Source: Candidatus Saccharimonadota bacterium (lineage in GTDB: Bacteria > Patescibacteriota > Gracilibacteria > BD1-5 > UBA2023). Taken from it: 32,000 bases of DNA. Positions 11,642-20,964 of this stretch are shown here, one piece after another. Both the position numbers and the translations under genes were made by a program. The notes beneath the pieces were generated by a model that saw nothing but the letters and a program-made list of their open reading frames with translations, was not told the DNA's origin and made no database searches. The DNA is taken from positions 810,001 to 842,000 of the forward strand of contig JAXLZO010000001.1 of NCBI GenBank assembly GCA_046350815.1. The letters are read 5' to 3'. Numbering within the stretch: the stretch's first letter is position 1; every line of letters begins with the position of its first letter.

Positions 11642-11675
11642 AAAAAACTCTTGTACAAGAGTTTTTTCTTTTTTT
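11642..11675 (+). terminator. rho-independent terminator after the DsbA-like gene
   Basis: Stem aaaaaactctt / aagagtttttt with a gtac loop, followed by a T-run (cttttttt). Confidence 0.7.
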
Positions 11676-11714
11676 CGTGAGAAAAATCATATAATAATTC
11701 CTTTTATTATTTTT

Positions 11715-11981
11715 ATGCAAATATTCTTTCAAGCTCTCCAGATTTTCTTTGAGATTCTTCAGTGGATTATTTTTATTGATGTGATTCTTTCGTGGTTTAC
11801 CCTCATAGGCTTACGTATTTATATCATGCCTATTCGTTGGGTACTTGATCCTCTCTACGCTCGTATTGATCGAATGCTTCCAACGACATTTCTTGGGGTT
11901 TCATTTACTCCTTTTTTACTCCTGATGGCTATTTATATACTTCAAACATGAGTATTCTTAAGTGCTCAATTTCTCTTGTAA
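11715..11981 (+). CDS. yggT: YggT-family integral membrane protein
   Basis: Track ORF 11715-11951 reads through TGA 11949 to TAA 11979-11981. Small two-TM protein with IDVILSWF..PIRWVLDPLYARIDRMLP, as in YggT/Ycf19. Confidence 0.75.
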
Positions 11982-11984
11982 ATT

Positions 11985-13229
11985 ATGATTTTACTGACGA
12001 AACAAATTGACTATACACTCTTCTTTCTCGTAATGGTGCTCCTCATTTTTTGATTGATCACTATTAGTTCTGTGAGTGTTTATCCAAGCTATGAGCTAAC
12101 CACGTCGCATGTACGACGATGACTTATCGATGAACCATACAACTGGTACTATCTCTTTGAGCATATCAAGAATCTTGTGGTAGCATGTATTGCTCTTTTT
12201 GTGATGAGTAAGATACCATATCAGATTCTTGAAAAATACGCTCGCTTTATATTTCTCTGATCACTCTTAGGGCTTCTTCTGGTTCTCATTATTGGAGATG
12301 TATATAATGGTGCAAAATGATGGCTCTCAATACCATGACTTCCATCAATACAACCTATGGAATTCGCAAAGATTGGATTTATTCTTTTTTCGGCATATTT
12401 TTTTAAGGTACGGTCAAAGTCGGTTCGAGATCTGAGTGAAGGATTTATACCGTATATGGTTTATCTCTGAATAGTACTTGGTCTTCTTGCATTGCAGCCT
12501 GACTTCTGATGAATTTTGCTCTTTGCACCACTCGCATTTTGTCTCTACTTCATAGCTGGATGACGCATTCGTTACCTCTTTACAACTCTTCTCGTAGGAT
12601 TTCTTGCTATGATCAGTGTGTATTGGATATGAGCAAATCCGGATAGCAAATTGTATTATATCAATCAACGCATTGATAATTATCTTGCTGACAGCAAAGA
12701 TCTTATTCAAAACGCAACGATTAACTATCAAACAGAACAATGACTGATAGCTATAGGTTCTGGATGATTTGGGGGCCTTGGTTTCGGTGAGTCTATACAA
12801 AAATTTGGATACCTTCCTGAAGTTCAGTGAGATTTTATCTTCTCTGTGATTGTAGAGGAGTGGTGACTTTTTGGTGCCATCGTTCTCATTGGAGTTTATC
12901 TTGCAATTACTTATCGACTCTTGCGTATAGCAAGTGAGGTTCAAGATCCTTTTGCACGTTATACAGTTATAGGAATAGCATGTTGGATATTTTTGCAGAC
13001 AGCAACAAATATGGGAGTAAATCTCAATGTTATCCCTCTGACTTGAGTGACGCTTCCATTTATCAGTCATGGTGGATCCTCGCTCCTTGCTCTCCTAACC
13101 GCGATTGGAATAGCGCTCAATATTTCACGTTCCAGAGTTATGCCGTCACTTGATACTTCGAGAAGATCATATTTTGGTATATATCCGCAAAAACTCTATG
13201 ATGATCGTATAAATACATCCCGTGACTAG
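11985..13229 (+). CDS. ftsW: SEDS-family peptidoglycan glycosyltransferase FtsW/RodA
   Basis: ATG 11985, TAG 13227-13229, about 17 in-frame TGA. The standard track sees only the last 60 aa (13047-13229). Motifs: [74 protein letters not shown]. Confidence 0.9.
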
Positions 13230-13235
13230 AGATAT

Positions 13236-13263
13236 TTGCTTTTCATATATTTTTTTTTATACT
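13236..13263 (+). promoter_or_regulatory. putative sigma70-type promoter for ndk
   Basis: TTGCTT (13236-13241), 16-nt spacer, TATACT (13258-13263), 33 nt upstream of the ndk ATG. Chance matches are common in AT-rich DNA. Confidence 0.3.
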
Positions 13264-13295
13264 CTCACCGTTCTAATTCTTCTTTTTTCTAGATT

Positions 13296-13817
13296 ATGGC
13301 ACTCCAAAAGACACTCGTTGTTCTCAAGCCTGATGCAGTTCGTCGTGGTTTATGTGGTGAGATTATTACTCGATTTGAGCGAGTTGGTCTCAAGATTTGT
13401 GCTTCAAAGGTGATAACTCCTTCAAAAGATTTCTTTCATCATCATTACGAGACGATTGGTCAACTTTTGACACGCCGTGGAGAAAAAGCTTTTGAAATCA
13501 CTCTTGAATCAATGATTTCTGGGCCGGTATTTGCTCTCGTTCTTGAGGGTGATGAGGCATGTGAAGTAGTTCGTAAGCTTGTATGACCTACTGAACCTCG
13601 TAGTGCACCTCCAGGAACTATTCGTGGAGATTACGCACATATGAGCTATGGATTTGCAGATGAATACGATCTAGGTATCCCGAATCTTGTTCATGCAAGT
13701 GGTAATCTTGAGGAGGCAAATCAAGAAATCGCTCATTGGTTTAAGAAAGAAGAAATCTTCGATTATGAAGAGTGTACTCGTCTTGGACTCAAAGAGCTTA
13801 AGGCAAAATTGGTCTAA
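13296..13817 (+). CDS. ndk: nucleoside-diphosphate kinase
   Basis: Track ORF 13296-13586 continues through TGA 13584-13586 (the LVGPTEP glycine) to TAA 13815-13817. Motifs TLVVLKPDAV, GTIRGDYA, NLVHASG (catalytic His). Confidence 0.92.
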
Positions 13818-13861
13818 TACATAATAAAACCCTCGTAATTACGAGGGTTTTATTATGTATT
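13816..13861. terminator. bidirectional terminator, 46-bp perfect palindrome between convergent ndk and the HD gene
   Basis: Positions 13816-13838 are the exact reverse complement of 13839-13861 (core aaaaccctcgtaa/ttacgagggtttt). The flanking A/T runs give U-tracts on both strands. Confidence 0.8.
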
Positions 13862-13862
13862 G

Positions 13863-14528
13863 TTATACGCTAAGAGCTCCTCGCAGAGGAATTGCTTCTG
13901 ATTCTGTTTCTCGATGGATTACTTCTTCAAGCATCTGAAGATTCTGATTTTTTTGAAAATTCCGCTCACTTTTAGCTGTTCGAGTGTGAAAATGAAATTG
14001 TGTAAATATATCACGATCCATTTTTAAATATTGAGAGAAGCTTACTTTTGAATGTCCAAATGTCCGAATTTCATCATAAATAGCGGCTGACAGCGTAAAT
14101 GAATTTTTACAACCAAGATTATCCATATCAGCATCTTGGATAATCTCTTCAAGAATATCAAAGGGTGTATGGAAGAGCCCATGCGAACTATCTGGAAACG
14201 TGGTTGCCATAATAATCCGCTCAATTCGTTTGATCCGGTCTTCATTATGATGCTTATTAGTGAGCCATGATCGCGCAATCTGAGCTCCTATAGGTTCATT
14301 TTTTTTGTATGATTGAGTGAATCCTGTATCATGAAAGAGAGCTGCGATGAGTACATCTTCTTTTTCATCTCAGGTAATACCTTCGCATTCACAGAGATAC
14401 TTGACACGTAAATAAACACTGAGCGTATGATCAATGTTATGATACATATGATCATGAACAGTTTCAAGCAGATCAAAAACATATGACTGTGCTGCAATAA
14501 CAAGAGGCGATATCTGATAGTTTTTCAT
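13863..14528 (-). CDS. HD-domain metal-dependent phosphohydrolase
   Basis: Reverse-strand ATG 14528, TAA 13865-13863, extending track ORF 13863-14210 through TGA. Motifs HMYHNIDHTLSV and AALFHDTGF (H..HD). The start lies 4 nt after the upstream gene's stop. Confidence 0.8.
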
Positions 14529-14532
14529 ACGA

Positions 14533-15060
14533 TTATCGGCTGATCATGTGTCGCTTTTCTCAGAAAGAGAAAAGCCCAAGAGTTGTCATATTTTGGAGTT
14601 TTCTTGCAAATTCATACTTTTCTGTGGCTATGTTGATCTCTTCTTTGAGATGATTAATGTAGGACTCATTTTTTGTGAATATTTCTCGAGCATGAATAAA
14701 TGCTCAAGATTGTTGGAGTGTAGTATATGGGAGGGAGATTCTCATGAGGATCTTAAGGGTACGAGTAACCTCTTCATTTTGTTTAAGAATAAGATAGGTT
14801 GATGATCTGGAGAAAATAATAGCATTACGATGAAAGATTCTCATTTGTGCAAGATCTTCATGATTGACTCAGGCATTCTCAAGTGATTCTATAATAGCAG
14901 GAAGAGTGTCAATTTTTTCAAGATATGCTGAAAGAAAGTGAATATCGAGTCAGTTGAGTGTATGTTGGCACACTCGAAAATAGAGATGACTTATGAGAGT
15001 AAGACAGCTCATGAGAGCGAGAAAAATGAGAATGAGTGTGAGCATAGAGATTTTGAACAT
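14533..15060 (-). CDS. hypothetical protein with N-terminal TM/signal anchor
   Basis: Reverse-strand ATG 15060, TAA 14535-14533, three in-frame TGA. N-terminus MFKISMLTLILIFLALMSCLTLISHLYF. No recognisable domain. Confidence 0.5.
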
Positions 15061-15124
15061 ACTAACCTACTTTTTTCATCTTGGCAAATTTTTGCTCCTG
15101 AGTATCTTTATATAAATCTCATCT

Positions 15125-16513
15125 ATGCTTCATCATCGCCCATTGAAGAAGAGTCTTATGCTTTCGATCATTGATATCTGTATTTTTCTCATTGCATTCT
15201 ACAGCGCATATCAGGTTCGTCTTCGTTGAGACTATATTCCATTTTTACAGCTTCCTATACAAGATCCGAACGTTAATCATTTATTTGTTTATTTATTGAC
15301 TTCTCTCCTCATTTTTTGTATCGTTATGCTTCTTTTTGGTGCTTATACGACTCACCGAATCACAGCAATAGAAGCAAGCAAACGAGCCATGAGTGGTTGG
15401 TTTTTCTCTCTCTTTCTTACTCTCTCATTCATTTACCTCTTTCATGATTTTATCATAGGTGGTGAGATACCACGACTCATTATCCTCTATACTTGGCTCT
15501 TTCTTTGAGTCTGAATGATAGGAATACGAATGTTTTTCGGGGGACAAGATGAGGATTTATCCTATTTGGAGACGGTCACTGTTGAAATAGTTGATGATCG
15601 ATTGATCGCTCATAAAAATCATCAAAAAACTTATACTCAAGAAGAGCTTCTATCTATTATTTGTGAACATCAGTCGCATATATACCTCATCGAGCCAAAT
15701 GTATTGTCCTCAAAATATTGCCAGAAAATACTTGATCATATGGATACGTATGGTGCAGAATATTTGCTCATACCTGGCTATCTTGATCGACGAATACAGC
15801 GTGCAAAGATGACCGATTTTCAGTGAGAAGTGTATCTGAGCTTCTCACCAACACAGATGTCACCGGCTGATGTCGCACTCAAGAGATTGCTGGACATCAT
15901 TATTGTATTACCAGCATTTATAGTACTTTCACCCATTTTTCTCCTTATCTGGATCGCACTGAAAATAGAAGATCCGAGCTGACCAATTATCTACAAGAAT
16001 ATACGAGTATGAAAGCATGGAAAGTTCTTCACACTCTACAAATTCCGATATATGTACTGGAAATATTGTGTAAAAGATGGTTATGGTATTGATGCACAAG
16101 ATGACGCAGCACTTGCCTATGAGGAGAAACTTAAGTCAAAAAATGACACTCGAAAAGATGCTCTCTATAAGATCAAGAATGATCCGAGAAAAATGAAAAT
16201 TGGAAAATGGATTGAAAAATTCTCACTCGATGAGCTCCCGCAGCTCTATAATATCCTTATCGGAGATATGTCTCTCGTCTGACCACGACCACATCAGCCA
16301 CGAGAAGTGGAAATGTACAACGAAGAATACAAGAGAGTATTGGTTATCTCACCGGGACTAACGTGAATGGCACAGACGCATGGTCGTCATCACAATTCAC
16401 TCTCCCAAGAGATAGCTCTTGATCTCTACTACATTGATAGATGGAGTATCGCATTTGACCTCTACATTATCGTGACAACCTTCTTTGTCGTTCTTAAAGG
16501 TAAAAAAGACTAA
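15125..16513 (+). CDS. polyprenyl-phosphate sugar-1-phosphate transferase (WbaP/EpsL-type bacterial sugar transferase)
   Basis: ATG 15125 (alternative ATG 15158), TAA 16511-16513. It joins track ORFs 15296-15508, 15515-15826 and 16052-16282 in one frame. C-terminal catalytic domain: [96 protein letters not shown]. Confidence 0.88.
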
Positions 16514-16514
16514 T

Positions 16515-16697
16515 ATGGCAGAATTTTCCGCACACTCATTCGCTCCACGTCGCCTCACCAAAGCTGAACTCGCGGCAAGAAAAAAAGCAATGGAAGAAGG
16601 ACGAAAACAACTTAAAATGGTCGCAGAGCTTGAAAAGCTTGATAAGGCTCAGAAAAAAGAGGATGATGATATTGATCTTTCTCTGTTTAATGTTTAG
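16515..16697 (+). CDS. small hypothetical protein (60 aa), Lys-rich helix with acidic C-terminal tail
   Basis: ATG 16515 lies 1 nt after the transferase stop; TAG 16695-16697. Sequence MAEFSAHSFAPRRLTKAELAARKKAMEEGRKQLKMVAELEKLDKAQKKEDDDIDLSLFNV. No family recognised. Confidence 0.45.
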   Translation: MAEFSAHSFAPRRLTKAELAARKKAMEEGRKQLKMVAELEKLDKAQKKEDDDIDLSLFNV

Positions 16698-16715
16698 TAT
16701 TGGTATTTAGTTCAC

Positions 16716-16750
16716 AAAAAATCATATTCTCTGAGGAGAATATGATTTTT
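16716..16750 (+). terminator. rho-independent terminator
   Basis: Stem aaaaatcatattctc / gagaatatgattttt with a tgag loop and a T-run. Confidence 0.75.
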
Positions 16751-16774
16751 CATATAATCCACGACTTCTATTTA

Positions 16775-16817
16775 TTGACATTAACAATATTTAATATATT
16801 ATATAAATATATTAAAT
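16775..16817 (+). promoter_or_regulatory. putative promoter of the helicase gene with an overlapping 12-bp inverted repeat
   Basis: TTGACA (16775-16780), 16-nt spacer, TATTAT (16797-16802). Perfect inverted repeat atttaatatatt (16789-16800) / aatatattaaat (16806-17) spans the -10 element. The helicase ATG is at 16834. Confidence 0.4.
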
Positions 16818-16833
16818 CAATAAGTCAAATTCT

Positions 16834-19599
16834 ATGACTCTTAACACCATTCCAGACGTCTCTCATGAGTGAGTACCAAAGAAACCAGGAAAGATAACAG
16901 ATAAATCATCCAAGATTACCACCACTCGCAATCGTTCTTCTATGATGATCCGTACCATGGATCATCTCCTCCAATCTCTCGACACACTCTCCATGGATCC
17001 CAACGAGCGAGAACTCCAGAGACAAACCTATACTGCCATACGAGAAAGCCTCAGAAGATGAGAAAAGAGCGGTATTATTAAACTCCCCACAGGTACTGGA
17101 AAGACCTGGGTCTTTGCCAATCTCCTCAATATCTTCCAAAGAAATGGCCTCATCCTCGTTCCAAGAACCGATCTCTACTCTTCCACTATCCGAGATCTTA
17201 GAGAAGTAGGATTTAAGGATTCTGAGATCAGACTCATCGCTGAGGAATCAGGAGCAAACAGTGAAGAGCGAATGCTCTCTATCCTCACGGATCCATCTAT
17301 CGACTGGTCATCATGAAGAAATGTTACTATCATGAGCTACCAGTCTCTCAACTCCATGTTCAAGACGAATCCTGAGATATGATCTTTCATGAGGTCTCAT
17401 TTCGACATGATCATCGAAGATGAAGCCCATAGAGCTCTTGGGAAGAAGACAAAGAATGCAGTAGGTACTCTCACAGAAGATTGAGAAGATCAGGAAGAAC
17501 AAAACTTAGAAGAATTCATTCAAACAGAAGAACTTGACATAGCAGAACAAAGCGAACTCGAAGCAGAGATTAACGTTGATCATATCCTCGGTCTCGATGG
17601 TGAAAGCTTTCAAAACGACGATCGCTTCAACTACAAATTCACTGCAACTCCAGATCTTCTCAAGCACAGTGTCTCTGATGAGAGTGAATACATTTTCTAC
17701 GCAACCTTCGAACAAGCGGTGCGAACAAGAGCCATCGTCCTTCCACAATACGTCAATATGGGATCTGCCTATCTACGCTCAGGAGATCTTGAGAAGTGGA
17801 AAGTCAAAGATATCGAAGCACTCTCTGATCAAGAGGATGATCAATTTATCGATGAGAATGGTCTCTCTATACGAGACAAGATCATCGATGCCTACATTGA
17901 GAAGAAACAACAACACAACAACTCTCTCCCAGCTGTTGCTTTTGCGAGTACCATCAAGCATGCAGCTATCCTCGTCGATGCTATGAGAGCAAAAGGTATT
18001 AAAGCACAGAGAGTCACGAGTGCAAGATGAGATATCTCTTCCGAACAAGCAACAGAGATGATGGATAGATGACAGCTCGATGTCATCATCACCGTTACCA
18101 AGGTATCTGAATGATTTGACTACGCACCCCTCTCCTGTGCTCTGTGGTTTGCCCCCGTTCTCTCTCCTGCGAAGATCACTCAATGAAATGGTCGTATCTC
18201 ACGAATCACGCCAGACAAGATGCCAGAACACATCGAAGATGAACAATGACGCATCATCCCTTCTCCATCGGCCTACATTATTGCTCCAAGTGAGTGGTAT
18301 AGTGGATCAAAGAGAGCGAGTGATTCAGAGAATCTAGAGGAGATCCATGAAGATACAAATTGAGATGATGTAGATGATAATAATGAAGATCAAAACCCTC
18401 AAGATCAGAAACCAAAGAAACTCTCTCGTATCTGAAACTTCTATGAACTTCTTGTTTCTCAAGGAGAATTCAACTACAACACTCTTCCAACTAATTTCCA
18501 AAACATCATCTCTCTCAAAGACTCAATCTTTTGTGAAGTATGAGATGAAGTACAAATCGATGGAGTGGTTTATATGGGAATAACCGGGACTCAAGAAGTT
18601 ATAGAACTAAGATGAGAGACTATCCTCAAGAATGCTAAAAAAGATTCAACTCTCACGATCCTCCAGGGAAGACAACAATCATGATATCCTATCCAACTCG
18701 TCCCGAAGAGCTTTATAGAATGACTCAAACAAAGTTGGCAATATACTTGTGAGGTATGAGATGAAGTACAAATCGATGGAGTGGTTTATATGGGAGTAAC
18801 CAATGCTCAAGAAGTCATGGGACTAAGATGAGGGACTATTCTCAAGAATGTCAAAAACGATCCAACTCTCACGATCCTCCAGAGAAAACAATCATCATGA
18901 CATCCTATCCAACTCGTCCCGAAGAGTTTTATAGAATGACTCCTCAATACCTGTGAAGCATGAGAAGAAAAAACAATCGATGGAGTGGTTTATATGGGAG
19001 TAACCAATACTCAAGAGGTCATGGAACTACAATGACAGACTATCCTCGCTAATGCTAAAAAAGATTCAGCTCTCACAATCCTCCAAGGAAGACAACAATC
19101 ATGATATCCTATCCAACTTGTCCCGAAGAGCTTTATAGAATGACTCAAACAAAGTCGGCAATACACTTGTGAGACATGAGAAGAAAAAACAATTGATGGT
19201 GTGGTTTATATGGGAGTAGTCACTGCTCAAGAAGTCATGGGACTACAAGGATTTACTATCCTCAAGAATGCCAAAAACGATCCAACTCTCACGATCCTCC
19301 AAGGAAGACAGAAAAATTGATTATCTATCCAACTTGTCCCGAAGAGTTTTATAGAATGACTCAAACAAAGTTGGCAATACACTTGTGAAGCATGAGAAGA
19401 AAAAACAATCGATGGAGTGGTTTATATGGGAGTAACCAGGACTCAAGAAGTCATGGGACTACAATGACAGACTATTCTTAGAAATGCTAAAAAAGATCCA
19501 ACTCTCACGATCCTCCAAGGAAGACAGAAAAATTGATTTCCTATCCAACTCATCCCGAAGAGTTTTATAGAATGACTTGTTGCAAAAAAGACAAAATAA
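16834..19599 (+). CDS. SF2 DEAH-box helicase (ResIII/DEAD-like N-terminal core plus helicase C domain) with five C-terminal tandem repeat domains
   Basis: ATG 16834, TAA 19597-19599, 921 aa in one frame with about 35 in-frame TGA. The track sees only 17719-18030. Motif I KLPTGTGKT (17080-17106), motif II EDEAH (17416-17430), FTATP, VSEGFDY, QGNGRISR. The C-terminal 345 aa are five 68-72 aa repeats. Confidence 0.85.
18532..19575 (+). repeat. coding tandem repeat, five units of 216/204/216/216/192+ bp
   Basis: Unit starts (TGT codon) at 18532, 18748, 18952, 19168 and 19384, all in the helicase frame, highly similar at DNA level. Consensus: CE.GEE.TIDGVVYMGVT..QEVMGLQG.TILKNAKKD.TLTILQGRQ..G.PIQLVPKSFIEGLKQSWQYT. 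Confidence 0.95.
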
Positions 19600-19640
19600 T
19601 AAAAATATCCACCAGATCTGGTGGATATTTTTATTATTTT
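19593..19640. terminator. bidirectional terminator, 48-bp perfect palindrome containing both convergent stop codons
   Basis: 19593-19616 is the exact reverse complement of 19617-19640 (core atatccaccag/ctggtggatat). The helicase TAA (19597-19599) and the murD TAA (19636-19634) lie in opposite arms. Confidence 0.8.
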
Positions 19641-20911
19641 TCTTGTTCCGCTAGTAGCTTCACAGCCTCTCGAAACTGCTCAGCTCGATCAAGATAGTCT
19701 CGAAACATCCCGAAACTGGCGCATCCAGGGGAGAGGAGAATTGTCTGTCATGGATGAGAGTGTGTATATGCTTGTTCTACGGCATCTTGCATGCTTATTG
19801 ATTCACTATAGTTTACTTCTGCTATCTGACACTTCTTTGTAAGGATTTCTCTGGTTGCACCGATGAGTACTGCATAATCTACGCTATCTCGGAGTGATAC
19901 TTCAAGGGTATCGAATGGATCTCATTTGTCACTACCACCTGCGATGAGTATCACCTTATTGTCTTTGTACCCTGAGAGCGCTGCTCTGAGACTCTGACAG
20001 GAGGTAGATTTGGAGTCATCGACCCAGATGCGACCGTGTGCATGAGAGATGACTTCGAGTCTGTGGGGGAGTCATGGGAGAGTTTTGAGTGTCTCGATTG
20101 CACGAGATCGATCATTCTCACTTTGTACCAATCACTCAATTATATGGAGTGCCCCGTCGATATTGAGAGCGTTGTGAGGACCGAGAAATTGGGTATCGTG
20201 AATATTGAGAGAACCAGTCGTAGATATGAGTGGAATATTTGGGTAGTTCTCAGCAATGTTGATCCCATAGAGTGATACATTTTCAGGAAATATGTATCCT
20301 ATATTTTGAAGTTTTTCATACGCTTGTTTGGTAATATATGATTCATCTTTTGCTCGTGTAATAAGATTGGCTTTTGAGAGAAAATATTCTGCAAGATTGC
20401 GATGCCAGTTGAGGTGATCACTCTCAAGATTGGTGATGATCGTGAGGTTCGGTGAGAATTCATGGAGACTGTACGCCATAAAGCTTGAAACTTCTACCAC
20501 GATGATATGATCTTCTCTCTCATTTGGAGAGAGCTTGAGAATCTGAGTGAGGGTGTCAGAGAGGGGATATTCAAAATTCCCAGAAATATGGACTTTTTCA
20601 GGGTTTTTGATGCTTTTTATGAGATTATATATCATCCAAGTGACAGTAGATTTGCCATCTGTGCCACTTATGGTTATAATAAAAGTACTTTGAGGGAGAT
20701 ATCGACTACAAAAATCAAGCTCACTTACGATTTTCCCACTTGAATAGATCTCATGCGTACAAGGAATTCATGGTGCTGGTATGATAATATCGTAGCTCTC
20801 ATAGCTTGAAGGCTTGTCACTGTCATCACAGATGTGATAGGGGAGTTCGAGATGGGTGAGGAGTTTCTCGAGTCAAGCACCTACTCGTCACTTTCAATAA
20901 ATAAGAATCAT
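19634..20911 (-). CDS. murD: UDP-N-acetylmuramoylalanine--D-glutamate ligase
   Basis: Reverse-strand ATG 20911, TAA 19636-19634, extending track ORF 20132-20635 both ways through TGA. Motifs: MILIYGKGRVGAG, ITISGTDGKSTV, VVEVSSFM, TNLESDHLNWH, LPHRLEVI, DDSKSTS, LIAGGSDKG, LLSPGCASFGMF. Confidence 0.9.
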
Positions 20912-20964
20912 AAGAGTATTATATGTGAATAAATAAACTTTCTCCATCATGAGATAAGTCATCA

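Noticed and set aside
12414-13070. 218-aa minus-strand ORF, the longest minus-strand ORF in this region of the track
   Set aside because: It lies antisense to the clearly recognisable SEDS FtsW/RodA gene, has low-complexity Cys/Ser/Lys-rich composition and shows no motif. It is a shadow ORF.
13863-14615. Longer version of the HD-hydrolase gene starting at ATG 14615
   Set aside because: That extension overlaps the 3' end of the upstream gene (stop at 14533) in another frame. ATG 14528, 4 nt after that stop, gives a normal family N-terminus (MKNYQISPLVIAAQSYVFDLL).
18532-19575. Regular ~200-bp tandem repeats, considered as a possible CRISPR or other non-coding satellite array
   Set aside because: Units are 204-216 bp with no short repeat/unique spacer alternation. 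All are multiples of 3 nt, in frame with the upstream helicase core, and translate to a conserved protein module. This is a coding repeat.
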